From an uncultured Bifidobacteriaceae bacterium (GTDB taxonomy: Bacteria > Acidobacteriota > Vicinamibacteria > Vicinamibacterales > JAENWD01): DNA of 64,000 bases. The stretch lies in assembly GCA_964446605.1 (NCBI GenBank), contig CAYUPN010000013.1, positions 16-64,015 of the forward strand. Reading direction: 5' to 3'. Positions 21,445 to 30,414 of this stretch are shown here, piece after piece (within the stretch, counting starts at the first letter, position 1; each line of letters begins with the position of its first letter). The notes below the pieces were generated by a model, which saw only the letters and a program-made list of their open reading frames with translations, ran no database searches and was not told the DNA's origin. The translations under genes and the position numbers were made by a program.

Positions 21445-22298
21445 GCGCCCTGACCTGCCGCCAGGCGCGCCGGCTGCTGGCGCCCTATCACGACGGCGAG
21501 CTGCCGCTGGACCAGCAGGCCGCGGTCCAGTCGCATCTGCGCGCGTGCGCGTCCTGCCGTGAGGAGCGGCGGCGCCTGCGCGAGATCGGCGCCTTGCTGC
21601 GGACCGTGGGATCGCAGGCGCCCGAGGAACCGGGCCGGCTCGAGGGACACGTGCTGGCGCGGCTCCAGGCGGAGCGGCAGGTGTCCTGGCACGGGCGGCT
21701 CAACCGCCTGTTCGAGGACATGCATCTGGTGTGGGCCGCAGCCGGCGCGACGGTGGCGACCATCGCCGTCGTGTTCGCGGTCGTCGGGCTGATGCGGCTC
21801 ACGCTGCAGCAGCAGCCGGCGTCGATGTCGGCGCTCATCGCGACGCTGTCGTCACCCACCGGATCCGACCTGAATCCGATGCGCGTCAGCGATCAGCGGC
21901 TGCTCCCGCGTTTCGATCCCGACACGATTGTCGGTGCGCTGCTCGACAGCGAGGAAGGCGTCTTCGCACTCGCCGCGGTCGTCTCGCGCGACGGCACCGT
22001 GCAGAGCGTCCAGCTGCTGACGTACGGCGGGCAGGCCATCGAGCTCGATCGGACCGAGGTGCTGCAGCTGCTCGATGCGGCGTCGCAGGCGCGGTTCCGG
22101 CCCGCGCGGTCGTCGGGCGGCTCGCCCGTGGCGGTGAGCATGATCTGGCTCGTCGCCCACACGACCGTGCGCGGCAAGCTCGCCGACACGCTGCCGGCGA
22201 TGCAGACGCCGCACGCGCCCGTGCGGCAGCCGCTGATGCCGGAGCGGGAGCTCCCGATCAGCGAGCTCCCCGCCAATCCGGCTACCGCGACAGCCTGA
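21441..22298 (+). CDS. anti-sigma factor (zf-HC2) with TM helix and TonB-C-like C-terminal domain
   Basis: ATG overlaps the sigma stop as ATGA. HLRACASCREE is the H-x3-C-x2-C zinc motif. There is a central TM helix. The C-terminal 90 aa resemble a TonB C-terminal fold (VVSRDGTVQSVQLL...ARFRPARSSGGSPVAVSMIWLV). Confidence 0.7.
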   Translation: MSALTCRQARRLLAPYHDGELPLDQQAAVQSHLRACASCREERRRLREIGALLRTVGSQAPEEPGRLEGHVLARLQAERQVSWHGRLNRLFEDMHLVWAAAGATVATIAVVFAVVGLMRLTLQQQPASMSALIATLSSPTGSDLNPMRVSDQRLLPRFDPDTIVGALLDSEEGVFALAAVVSRDGTVQSVQLLTYGGQAIELDRTEVLQLLDAASQARFRPARSSGGSPVAVSMIWLVAHTTVRGKLADTLPAMQTPHAPVRQPLMPERELPISELPANPATATA

Positions 22299-22315
22299 CG
22301 TTCAGGCCCGCCCAA

Positions 22316-22396
22316 GCCCGCGTGGATCTGCACGCGGGCACAGGCGGGTCGACCCTCCGTCGCCCTTCGGGCTACGGAGGGCAAGCTCGACCCGCC
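22316..22396. terminator. two GC-rich hairpins in a convergent intergenic region
   Basis: First hairpin: GCCCGCGTG (22316-22324) pairs with CACGCGGGC (22331-22339). Second is nested: GGCGGGTCGA (22343-22352) pairs with TCGACCCGCC (22387-22396), enclosing CCCTCCGT/ACGGAGGG and GCCC-TTC-GGGC. No U-tracts. Confidence 0.5.
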
Positions 22397-22415
22397 CGTA
22401 CTGACAACGCGTGAT

Positions 22416-24647
22416 CTAGTTCTGCGGTTCCAGCGGCTCGGCCCGTCCGGTGGCGACGTTGTTCATGGCGTCGACCGCACGGAGGATGATGGCCTTGTCG
22501 ACCGTGTCGACCTCGAGCGAGAGCTCGAACTCCTCCACGCGCGTGTCCGCGATGCCGTCTTTCGGGTAGATCGGGCGCCAGCGGTCGGCGTCGATGGCGT
22601 ACTCCACCCGCTGGATGGTCGAGTCGAAGTCGCGCACCACGAACCGGACGGACGTGCGGTTGTTCGAGCGGACGGCGGAGAGCACCGTGATCGTCGGTGG
22701 CGTGTTGTCGATGTCGAAGAGCCCGCTCTCGCGCTCGGCGATCAGCGCCGAGCCCGGCGGGTTCGCCAGCGCGTCGTTCGCGACGATCTTCACGACGTAG
22801 GTGCCGTTCGGCACCGAGGTCGTGTCCCACACGAAGATCGGATCGAGCAGGTTCTCCTTCAGGATCTTCCAGCTCGTCTCCCCCTCACGGCGGTAGAGCA
22901 CGTCGAAGGTGAGGTCGTCCTCGTTCTCGTCCTGGGCCTTCCAGATGATCGTCTGGAGCCCCTTCTGGTACCCGCGCCGGCCGAGCGTCGGCGTGCCGCC
23001 CTGCTGATTGCTGGCTCCGGGGCGGCGGTCGAACGGCCCCGCGTCGAAGCCGGCAATCTCGGTCTCGCCGCTCGAGTAGGGCTTCTGGAAGACGACCCCC
23101 GGGGGATGGATCGTGATGCTCGTGATCTCGGGGCGCACGTTGCGCTGCAGGTACGCCGCCGTGACGGACGTGACGACCGGCGTGCGTCCCTCCGTGCCGA
23201 CGAGCTCGAGCTTCCACTGGAGATACCGCGCGCGCGGGCTCGTGATCTGCTCGCCGTCCGGATTGCGGTAGGCCTCCGACCAGGGGCTCCAGGTCTCGTC
23301 GGTCGCGGGCGTGTTGCCCGCGCGCGTGTAGAGCCGCACGTCGGTGCCGGCCGGCGCCAGTCCGCGCCAGCTGATCGCGCCCCATGTCGCGATCGACTGC
23401 GCATCGCGCACGGTGGACTCGTAGGTCCCCATATCCGCGGGCCGCGCCGAGAGCCGGAACACCTTGGCCGGGTTCGCGGTCGCGACCACGAGGCCGCGGG
23501 GACCATCCGCCACGAGCGTCATCACCTGCTGCGCGGGCGCGCGCGCCAGCAGCATCGTCCGTGCGGGGTCGCCGAAGACGCGGTAGATCTTGCCCTGACC
23601 GCCGGTCGCGACGAGCACTGCGCCGTCGTTGTCGAGCGCGACGTCGTACGGCGTGTCCTCGGCGGAGGACCAGATCGGATCCCAGTCGCCATCCGGCTGG
23701 ATCCGGTACACCGCGCCACGCCCGGACGAGCGTCCCGCCTCGCGCGCGGGACGTGTCGGCTCCGGCGCCGGCGGAGGCTGCTCGACCACCGCCATCGAGG
23801 TGATCTCGGCCGACACGGTGGGGACGGGCGCGCGCTGCTCCTGCTGCTCGGGTGCCGGCGTCGGACGCGAGGGCTCGGGCGTCCGCGAGGCCGTGAGCGC
23901 CGCGGCGTACACGACCCCGTTGCGGCCGGGCCGAATCGCGCTGATCTCCTGCAGCCCGGAATCGAGCAGCAGGAATCCCTGACCATCCGGTGTCACGCGG
24001 AAGACGCGCCCCGGCGACTCCGTGCCGACGAGCAGCGCGCCGTCGCGCGCCACGTGCAGGGCGCGGACGTGGGTCGCGCGGGTGCTGTAGAACACCTCGC
24101 CCTGCCCGTCCGGCGTGATCCGGTAGACGAGCCCCTTGTCCCCGGTGGCGGCGTAGACGGTGCCGTCCGGCGCGACCGCGAGGGCCCAGATGTACTTGTC
24201 GTCGGGATCGAAGAACGGCGTGGCCTGTCCCTCGCCCGTCAGCCGGTAGATGCGGCCGTCCGGGGACGTTCCCGCGTAGATCGTGCCGTTGGGCGCCACG
24301 GCGACCGCGTGCACTTCGAGCTCCGCGGAGTCGAAGTACACCGACAGCTGCCCGTCCGCCCCGATGCGGAGCACCTGGCCGTCGTTGCCGGTGCCCATGT
24401 ACAGCGCACCGTCCCGGCCTTCCACCGCGTTCCAGAGCACCGGCGCCGTCGGCGCCGCCAGTTCGGTGAGCTCCGGTCCGAGCACCAGCCGGCCGTGCAG
24501 ATCGATCGAGAGGTTCGTGACCTCTCCGTCGAGGAAGTCGGCCAGCGTGGCCACCTCCCAGAACCGCGCGCCCGCCCCGAGCAGGGTCGACGAGAACACG
24601 CACACCACGAGCAGGCTCGTCGCGAGCCCGGCGATTCTCCGAGTCAT
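22416..24647 (-). CDS. secreted beta-propeller repeat protein with C-terminal Ig/Y_Y_Y-like domains, function unknown
   Basis: 743 aa with a signal peptide. Repeated (A/G)xDGx(L/V/I)YxxT / GxIYR(I/L) blades sit on both sides of a Pro/Thr-rich linker. The C-terminal region (LTFDVLYRREGETSWKIL...GTYVVKIVANDA) resembles the Y_Y_Y/Fn3-like modules of propeller sensors. Confidence 0.7.
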   Translation of the reverse strand: MTRRIAGLATSLLVVCVFSSTLLGAGARFWEVATLADFLDGEVTNLSIDLHGRLVLGPELTELAAPTAPVLWNAVEGRDGALYMGTGNDGQVLRIGADGQLSVYFDSAELEVHAVAVAPNGTIYAGTSPDGRIYRLTGEGQATPFFDPDDKYIWALAVAPDGTVYAATGDKGLVYRITPDGQGEVFYSTRATHVRALHVARDGALLVGTESPGRVFRVTPDGQGFLLLDSGLQEISAIRPGRNGVVYAAALTASRTPEPSRPTPAPEQQEQRAPVPTVSAEITSMAVVEQPPPAPEPTRPAREAGRSSGRGAVYRIQPDGDWDPIWSSAEDTPYDVALDNDGAVLVATGGQGKIYRVFGDPARTMLLARAPAQQVMTLVADGPRGLVVATANPAKVFRLSARPADMGTYESTVRDAQSIATWGAISWRGLAPAGTDVRLYTRAGNTPATDETWSPWSEAYRNPDGEQITSPRARYLQWKLELVGTEGRTPVVTSVTAAYLQRNVRPEITSITIHPPGVVFQKPYSSGETEIAGFDAGPFDRRPGASNQQGGTPTLGRRGYQKGLQTIIWKAQDENEDDLTFDVLYRREGETSWKILKENLLDPIFVWDTTSVPNGTYVVKIVANDALANPPGSALIAERESGLFDIDNTPPTITVLSAVRSNNRTSVRFVVRDFDSTIQRVEYAIDADRWRPIYPKDGIADTRVEEFELSLEVDTVDKAIILRAVDAMNNVATGRAEPLEPQN

Positions 24648-24689
24648 GGCAACTTCTGTGTCGTTACAAACGGACCAGCGGCCGCCGGC

Positions 24690-26522
24690 TCATCGGAGCG
24701 GCAGCGAGAGGAAACGCGCGCCCGAGACCGCGTAGTCGGTGGGGATGGCCCACTCGCCCAGGGTCGCACTGCGCAGACTGCCGATCGAGCCGCCGTGGCG
24801 GTCGCCGTCGAGCACCGCCAGCACGGAGGGGGGCAGCGCCGACAGCGCCTCGCCGCTGACGACCGCGCCGGGTTCGGAGCTGACCAGCCGCACGTAGAGG
24901 TGGTTGTTCTTCCGCGCCTTGTTGAAGGCCTTGACGATCTGCGCGGCGTCCTGCGCCTGCTGCGTCTGGCGCGTCTCGCGCTGCTCGATCTGCGCCAGCC
25001 GCGCGCCGTCGGCGACGATGAGCGTCAGCGTGCCGCTGGCGTTGACGGGGATGTCGACCGGTACCGTGTGCAGGACGTCCTCACCGCGCGACGTCCGCAT
25101 CAGGAGCTTCACGGGCACGCTGCGCCCGGGCCGCACTCTGGGCGCGTCCAGCCACACGCGCTCGAGGACCGCCGTGCGGGGCTCCTCCGAGGAGACGATC
25201 GTCAGATCGAGCTCGTTGATCTCGACCGACTCGAACTCGTTCTTGAGCAGGAACGTGATCGGCCCGGCAATGTAGCTGGCGGCTCCGACCGACGGAGACT
25301 CACCCGTGAAGATGTCCTCGAACGCGATCTCGCCGTGCTTGGCGACGAGCGCGCGGCCGGTCACGACGAAGCTGGCCGTTCCGAACTCACGCTCGTACGA
25401 CTTCAGCGTGTTCACGACGGTCAGGTACGTCAGCAGCGGCGTGAACAGCTGGTCGCGCACCACCGAGAAGCGGAACTCGCGGCGCGGGCCGCGATCCGTG
25501 TCGAGCACGAGCCGGATCGGCAGCATCGAAGGGCCGGTGCCGAGCGTGCCCGCAATCGCCGTCGCCCGATCCTGCTCGAACGTGCCGATGACCCGGCCGA
25601 GGCTGCCGAGCTTCGAGGAGTTCATCAGGCTGGGCAGCAGGGTGTGAATCCAGGCCCGCGTCATCGGGAACTTCGTCGGGCCGAGGTTGTAGAACGGGTG
25701 GCCGAACGCGTAGACGCGATCCCCTTCCACGGCGGTGACCGTTCCGGTGCCGCCGAGCGACAGGTCGCCGTCGATGAGGCCCACGCCGATCGCGTCGCCG
25801 GGCCGGAGGGGACGATCCAGTTCGGGTGCGTCGGGTGCCGTCCCGCCTCCCGCCGCCATCGGCGTGAAGCCGCTCGACGAGAACGCCGTGGCAATCATCG
25901 TCGCGACGTCGCCGCGGAAGCCGTTCATCACCAGCGGCGTCGCAATCGGCCGCAGCATCGTCGCCAGATCGGGAGTGACGCCGGAGCCCAGGCTGGCGGG
26001 CCGCACGTCGGCCGGCGACTGCGCGAACGGCGTCGTGCGCGTGAACACGTCCTGGAGCGTGGCTGCCAGCGAGGCGGTGCTGACCGGGAGCGTCAGGCTG
26101 GCCTGCGTGCCGGGTGCCCGGCGGGCGGTCGTGCGCGTGGCCTCGATCATCTCGTCGATGGGCGTGATCCCCGCGATCGGCTCACGGGAGAACGCGCCGA
26201 GCGAGTAGGACACGGCGCCGATCAGTCGGCCATCCACGTAGACCGGGCTGCCGCTCATGCCGGCGATGACGCCGGTCTTCTCGAGCGGACCGCCTTCGAG
26301 CCGCGCCAGAATCAGATTGCGGCTCGGGCCCATGACGTTCTCGAGCACGCCGAGAATGTGGACCTTGAACTCTTCGAGCTCGGACCCGGTGAAGACCGTC
26401 CGCCCGACACCGACCATGCCCGGCACGATCTCGGACACCGGCATCAGGGGGGCCGCCGCGCGCAAGGGCAGCAGGGCGAGCAGGGCGAGGGAGAGTGTAA
26501 GAAATGCGCGACCAAACCCCAT
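24690..26522 (-). CDS. secreted peptidase S55 (SpoIVB-like serine peptidase) with a long C-terminal region of unknown function
   Basis: ATG 26522 gives a signal peptide (FLTLSLALLALLPLRA). The N-terminal domain contains GVIAGMSGSPVYVDGRLIGAVS, the SpoIVB-type catalytic Ser motif. About 450 aa downstream have no recognisable motif. The raw ORF extends to 26687. Confidence 0.75.
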   Translation of the reverse strand: MGFGRAFLTLSLALLALLPLRAAAPLMPVSEIVPGMVGVGRTVFTGSELEEFKVHILGVLENVMGPSRNLILARLEGGPLEKTGVIAGMSGSPVYVDGRLIGAVSYSLGAFSREPIAGITPIDEMIEATRTTARRAPGTQASLTLPVSTASLAATLQDVFTRTTPFAQSPADVRPASLGSGVTPDLATMLRPIATPLVMNGFRGDVATMIATAFSSSGFTPMAAGGGTAPDAPELDRPLRPGDAIGVGLIDGDLSLGGTGTVTAVEGDRVYAFGHPFYNLGPTKFPMTRAWIHTLLPSLMNSSKLGSLGRVIGTFEQDRATAIAGTLGTGPSMLPIRLVLDTDRGPRREFRFSVVRDQLFTPLLTYLTVVNTLKSYEREFGTASFVVTGRALVAKHGEIAFEDIFTGESPSVGAASYIAGPITFLLKNEFESVEINELDLTIVSSEEPRTAVLERVWLDAPRVRPGRSVPVKLLMRTSRGEDVLHTVPVDIPVNASGTLTLIVADGARLAQIEQRETRQTQQAQDAAQIVKAFNKARKNNHLYVRLVSSEPGAVVSGEALSALPPSVLAVLDGDRHGGSIGSLRSATLGEWAIPTDYAVSGARFLSLPLR

Positions 26523-26619
26523 CACGTGCACTGTTTTCCCCTTGGACGATGCGGCGCGCGGGTGGGACGGTGTTGCCATGGTCCAGTATACAGCGCGGAC
26601 AAGGGGCTCGCCCCGTTGG

Positions 26620-26648
26620 TTGACACGCGCGGGCGGCTCTGGTAGCGT
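26620..26648 (+). promoter_or_regulatory. candidate sigma70 promoter for the aromatic leader/supraoperon
   Basis: Consensus TTGACA (26620-26625), exactly 17 nt, then TAGCGT (26643-26648). Confidence 0.5.
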
Positions 26649-26667
26649 TTTTTTCACTCGACGCCGT

Positions 26668-26805
26668 ATGCCTGTGTCCCGGTGCAACGCCGTGCTGTTC
26701 TATACCCCGTCCGGCAGCCGTGTGCAAATCGGCGCGGCCGCGGCGGGGATCGGTGCGTACCGGAGCTGGTGGTGGTTTGACACGCCCAGGAGGGAAGAGG
26801 CGTAA
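26668..26805 (+). CDS. candidate leader peptide rich in aromatic codons (trpL-like)
   Basis: 45 codons: MPVSRCNAVLFYTPSGSRVQIGAAAAGIGAYRSWWWFDTPRREEA. TGG TGG TGG lies at 26767-26775, flanked by Tyr and Phe codons. An alternative in-frame GTG is at 26722. No obvious SD. Its position relative to the hairpins fits attenuation. Confidence 0.55.
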   Translation: MPVSRCNAVLFYTPSGSRVQIGAAAAGIGAYRSWWWFDTPRREEA

Positions 26806-26840
26806 GCGCACGCACCGGCCAGCGCGTCGACGAACCGGAG

Positions 26841-26880
26841 AGCCTCTTCACCGACCAGGTGCAAGAGGCTTTTTCATTTT
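26841..26880 (+). terminator. intrinsic terminator (attenuator) abutting the aroDE start codon
   Basis: The stem pairs 26841-26852 with 26858-26870 (8 bp, a 1-nt bulge at C26862, then 4 bp; 5-nt loop), followed by TTTTTCATTTT. GAAGAGGC (26794-26801) can alternatively pair with GCCTCTTC (26842-26849). Confidence 0.7.
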
Positions 26881-28365
26881 ATGGCCCATCTGTGTGTCAC
26901 GGTCACGGCGCCGACTCTCGCCGACCTGCGCGCGCGGCGCGATGCCGCCGCGCGCGAGGCGGACCTGGTCGAGTTGCGTCTGGACACCGTGGCCGATCCG
27001 GATCCCGAGGGCGCGCTCGCCGGCCGGACCGGTCCGGTGATCGTGACCTGCCGCGCGGCATGGGAGGGAGGGCAGTTCCGCGGCTCCGAAGAGGAGCGCC
27101 TCCGGCTGCTCGAACGCGCCTGGCGCGCGTCCGCGGACTTTGTCGACGTCGAATTCCAGGCCTGGCATCAGGCCCCCTGGATCGGTGAGACCCGCGGGGA
27201 GCGGCTGGTCGTCTCCCACCACGACTTCACCGGCGTGCCCGGCGACCTCCGGGCCCGGCACGCCGCGATGTCGGCAACCGGTGCGGCCGTCGTGAAGCTG
27301 GCCGTCACCGCGCGAGCGCTCCGCGACTGCGTGCCGCTGCTCGGGCTGCGGCCGCCGGCCGGCCGCCGGCACGTGCTGATCGCGATGGGCGCCGCAGGAC
27401 TGGTGACGCGGCTCCTGCCGGATCGGCTCGCGTCGGCGTGGAGCTATGCCGGCGATGGCGTCGCCCCGGGGCAGGTCCCCGCCCGGCGCATGCGCGAGGA
27501 GTTCCGGTTCGGCGACGTCGGCGCCGGCGCCGGGCTCTACGGGCTGGCGGCGAACCCGGTGGGGCACTCGGTGTCGCCGGCCATGCACAACGCCGCGTTC
27601 CGCGCCGCCGGACTCGACGCGGTGTACGTGCCGCTGCAGGCTGCGGACGCCGCGGATCTGTTCGCCTTCGCCGACGCCTTCGACCTCGCCGGCGCGAGCG
27701 TCACGGTGCCGTTCAAGGTCGACGTGCTGCCGTATTGCACGCTCGACGAGGTCGCGCGGGAGGTCGGGGCGGTGAACACGCTCCGCCGCGCCGGCGGGGC
27801 GTGGGAGGGCTTCAACACCGACGTGGCCGGTCTGCTGGCGCCGCTGGCGGCGCGCGTCGAGCTCGCCGGCCTGCGCGCGACCGTGCTCGGCGCAGGCGGC
27901 GCGGCGCGCGCGGCGGCAATCGCGCTGCGGCGGGCCGGCGCGTCGGTGACGATTGCCGCGCGGCGGCCGGATCGCGCGCGTGCCATCGCGGGCGAGGCGG
28001 GGGTGGCGGCCGTGCCGCTGCCGCCGGCCCCCGGCAGCTGGAATCTGCTCGTCAACGCGACGTCGGCCGGGATGTACCCGGCCGTCGACGAGACGCCCCT
28101 GCCCGATGCGCACCTGGACGGGCAGCTCGTCTACGACCTCGTCTACAACCCGCCGGAGACGCGGTTGCTGCGCGAGGCGCGGGCAGCCGGCTGCGCCACG
28201 CTCGGCGGACTCGACATGCTGGTCGCGCAGGCCGTCGAGCAGTTCCGGATCTGGACCGGCCGCGCGCCGGACCCGTCCGTCATGCGGGCGGCCGCCGAGC
28301 GGCGGCTGGCCGCCTTTTCCGCCACGCCGCCGGTCGCGGCCCCCTCGTCTGGCCCCCCCTCATGA
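26881..28365 (+). CDS. aroDE: bifunctional 3-dehydroquinate dehydratase (type I) / shikimate dehydrogenase
   Basis: 494 aa. The N-terminal half is AroD-like (CVTVTAP...ADLVELRLD...FVDVE). The C-terminal half is AroE-like (GLAANPVGHSVSPAMHNAAF, ASVTVPFK, GAVNTL, NTDVAG, GAGGAARA). Confidence 0.88.
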   Translation: MAHLCVTVTAPTLADLRARRDAAAREADLVELRLDTVADPDPEGALAGRTGPVIVTCRAAWEGGQFRGSEEERLRLLERAWRASADFVDVEFQAWHQAPWIGETRGERLVVSHHDFTGVPGDLRARHAAMSATGAAVVKLAVTARALRDCVPLLGLRPPAGRRHVLIAMGAAGLVTRLLPDRLASAWSYAGDGVAPGQVPARRMREEFRFGDVGAGAGLYGLAANPVGHSVSPAMHNAAFRAAGLDAVYVPLQAADAADLFAFADAFDLAGASVTVPFKVDVLPYCTLDEVAREVGAVNTLRRAGGAWEGFNTDVAGLLAPLAARVELAGLRATVLGAGGAARAAAIALRRAGASVTIAARRPDRARAIAGEAGVAAVPLPPAPGSWNLLVNATSAGMYPAVDETPLPDAHLDGQLVYDLVYNPPETRLLREARAAGCATLGGLDMLVAQAVEQFRIWTGRAPDPSVMRAAAERRLAAFSATPPVAAPSSGPPS

Positions 28366-29839
28366 AGCTGACCACCTTCGAAGAGTTCGTCGATCTCGCG
28401 CGGCGCGGCACCTTCGTGCCGGTGTGCAAGGAGATCGTGGCCGATCTGCTGACGCCGGTCTCGGCGTTCCTCAAGATCGCGGAGCACTCGGATTACGCGT
28501 TCCTCTTCGAGAGCGTCGAAGGCGGGGAGCACGTCGGGCGCTATTCGTTCCTCGGCAAGGACCCGTTCCTCGTCGTGCGCGCGCGCGAGGACGGCACCAT
28601 CATCGAGCGCGCCGGCGTCGTCGAGGCGTCGTCGGAGCCCTTCGTGCAGGTCGTGCGCGGGCTCATGGCCGGCTACCAGGCGCCGTACGTGCCGGAGCTT
28701 CCACGCTTCACCGGCGGCGCCGTCGGCTATCTCGCCTACGACGCGGCGCAGTGGTTCGAGCCGGTGCCGACCGCGCGCGGACCCGTCGAGGGCCCCGGCG
28801 CGGACTCCGATCTGGCCACGTTCATGTTCTTCGACACGGTGCTGGCGTTCGATCACGCGCGGCACCGCCTGCTGCTCATCGCCAACGCGCGCGTGACGGC
28901 CGAAGACGATCTCGAGGCGCTGTACGGCTTCGCCTGCGCGCGCATCGGCTTTCTCGAGGCCGAGCTCGAGCGCAGTCTGTCGGCAACACGGGCGCCGCAG
29001 GGTGGTCCCGTCACGCTGCGCTCGAATCTCACGCAGGACCAGTTCGAAGCGAACGTCCGCACCGCGAAGGAGCACATCGCGGCAGGCGACATCTACCAGG
29101 CCGTGCTGTCGCAACGCTTCGAAGCCGACGTGACCGCCGACCCGTTCACGGTCTACCGCGCCCTCCGCCACGTGAACCCGTCGCCGTACATGTATTTCAT
29201 GCGCCTCGGACGGCTGGCCATCGTCGGGTCGTCACCCGAGATGCTCGTGCGCGTCGAAGGCGGCCGCGCCGAGACGCATCCGATTGCCGGCACCCGGCCG
29301 CGCGGTCGATCGGCGGAGGAGGATCAGCGGCTGGCGGAGGAGTTGAAGCGCAACGAGAAGGAACGCGCCGAGCACGTGATGCTCGTGGATCTCGGCCGCA
29401 ACGATCTCGGGCGCGTCTGCCGGTTCGGGACGGTCCGGGTGCCGAAGTTCATGGCGCTCGAGCGGTACTCGCACGTGATGCATCTCGTCTCGATCGTCGA
29501 GGGACAGCTCGCCGACGACTGCGACCACCTCGATGCGCTCGCCGCCTGCTTCCCGGCGGGTACGGTGTCCGGCGCGCCGAAGGTGCGGGCGATGGAGATC
29601 ATCGCGGAGCTGGAACCGACGCGCCGCGGCATCTATGCCGGCGCCGTCGGCTACCTCGACTTCGCCGGCACGCTCGATTTCTGCATCACCATCCGCACGG
29701 TCGTGATGCTTGACGGCAAGGCGTACGTCCAGGCCGGCGCGGGCATCGTGGCCGACTCGAACCCGACCGCGGAGTACGAAGAGACGCGCGACAAGGCGAA
29801 GGCCGTCGTGCGTGCGCTGGAGCTGGCGCAGGCGGGGCT

Positions 29840-29843
<4 letters not shown>
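28362..29843 (+). CDS. trpE: anthranilate synthase component I
   Basis: ATG overlaps the upstream stop as ATGA. Motifs LLTPVSAF, LFESVEGGE, and the C-terminal GTVSGAPKVRAMEII and GIYAGAVGY. Confidence 0.93.
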
Positions 29844-30409
<566 letters not shown>

Positions 30410-30414
30410 CTGAC

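Noticed and set aside
26560-26578. Sigma54-like -24 element TGGCAA (minus strand, 26578..26573) upstream of the S55 peptidase gene, near the sigma54 activator locus
   Set aside because: At the correct spacing the -12 position reads TCCC instead of TTGC, so the invariant GC is missing. It is not a credible sigma54 promoter.
26585-26590. TATACT (minus strand) as the -10 for the S55 peptidase gene
   Set aside because: There is no acceptable -35 at 16-18 nt, and it would imply a leader of about 60 nt, unlike the other promoters seen here. It is plausible but too weakly supported to list as a feature.
23106-26645. 1179-aa plus-strand ORF covering the propeller and S55 peptidase genes
   Set aside because: Same artefact as above. 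It is low-complexity and R/G/A/D-rich with no recognisable domain, and the opposite strand carries signal peptides and the SpoIVB catalytic motif.
26788-26793. AGGAGG inside the leader ORF as a Shine-Dalgarno for a hidden downstream ORF
   Set aside because: No ATG/GTG/TTG occurs within 4-12 nt downstream. The sequence is better explained as the Arg-Arg codons of the leader and the flank of the antiterminator segment.
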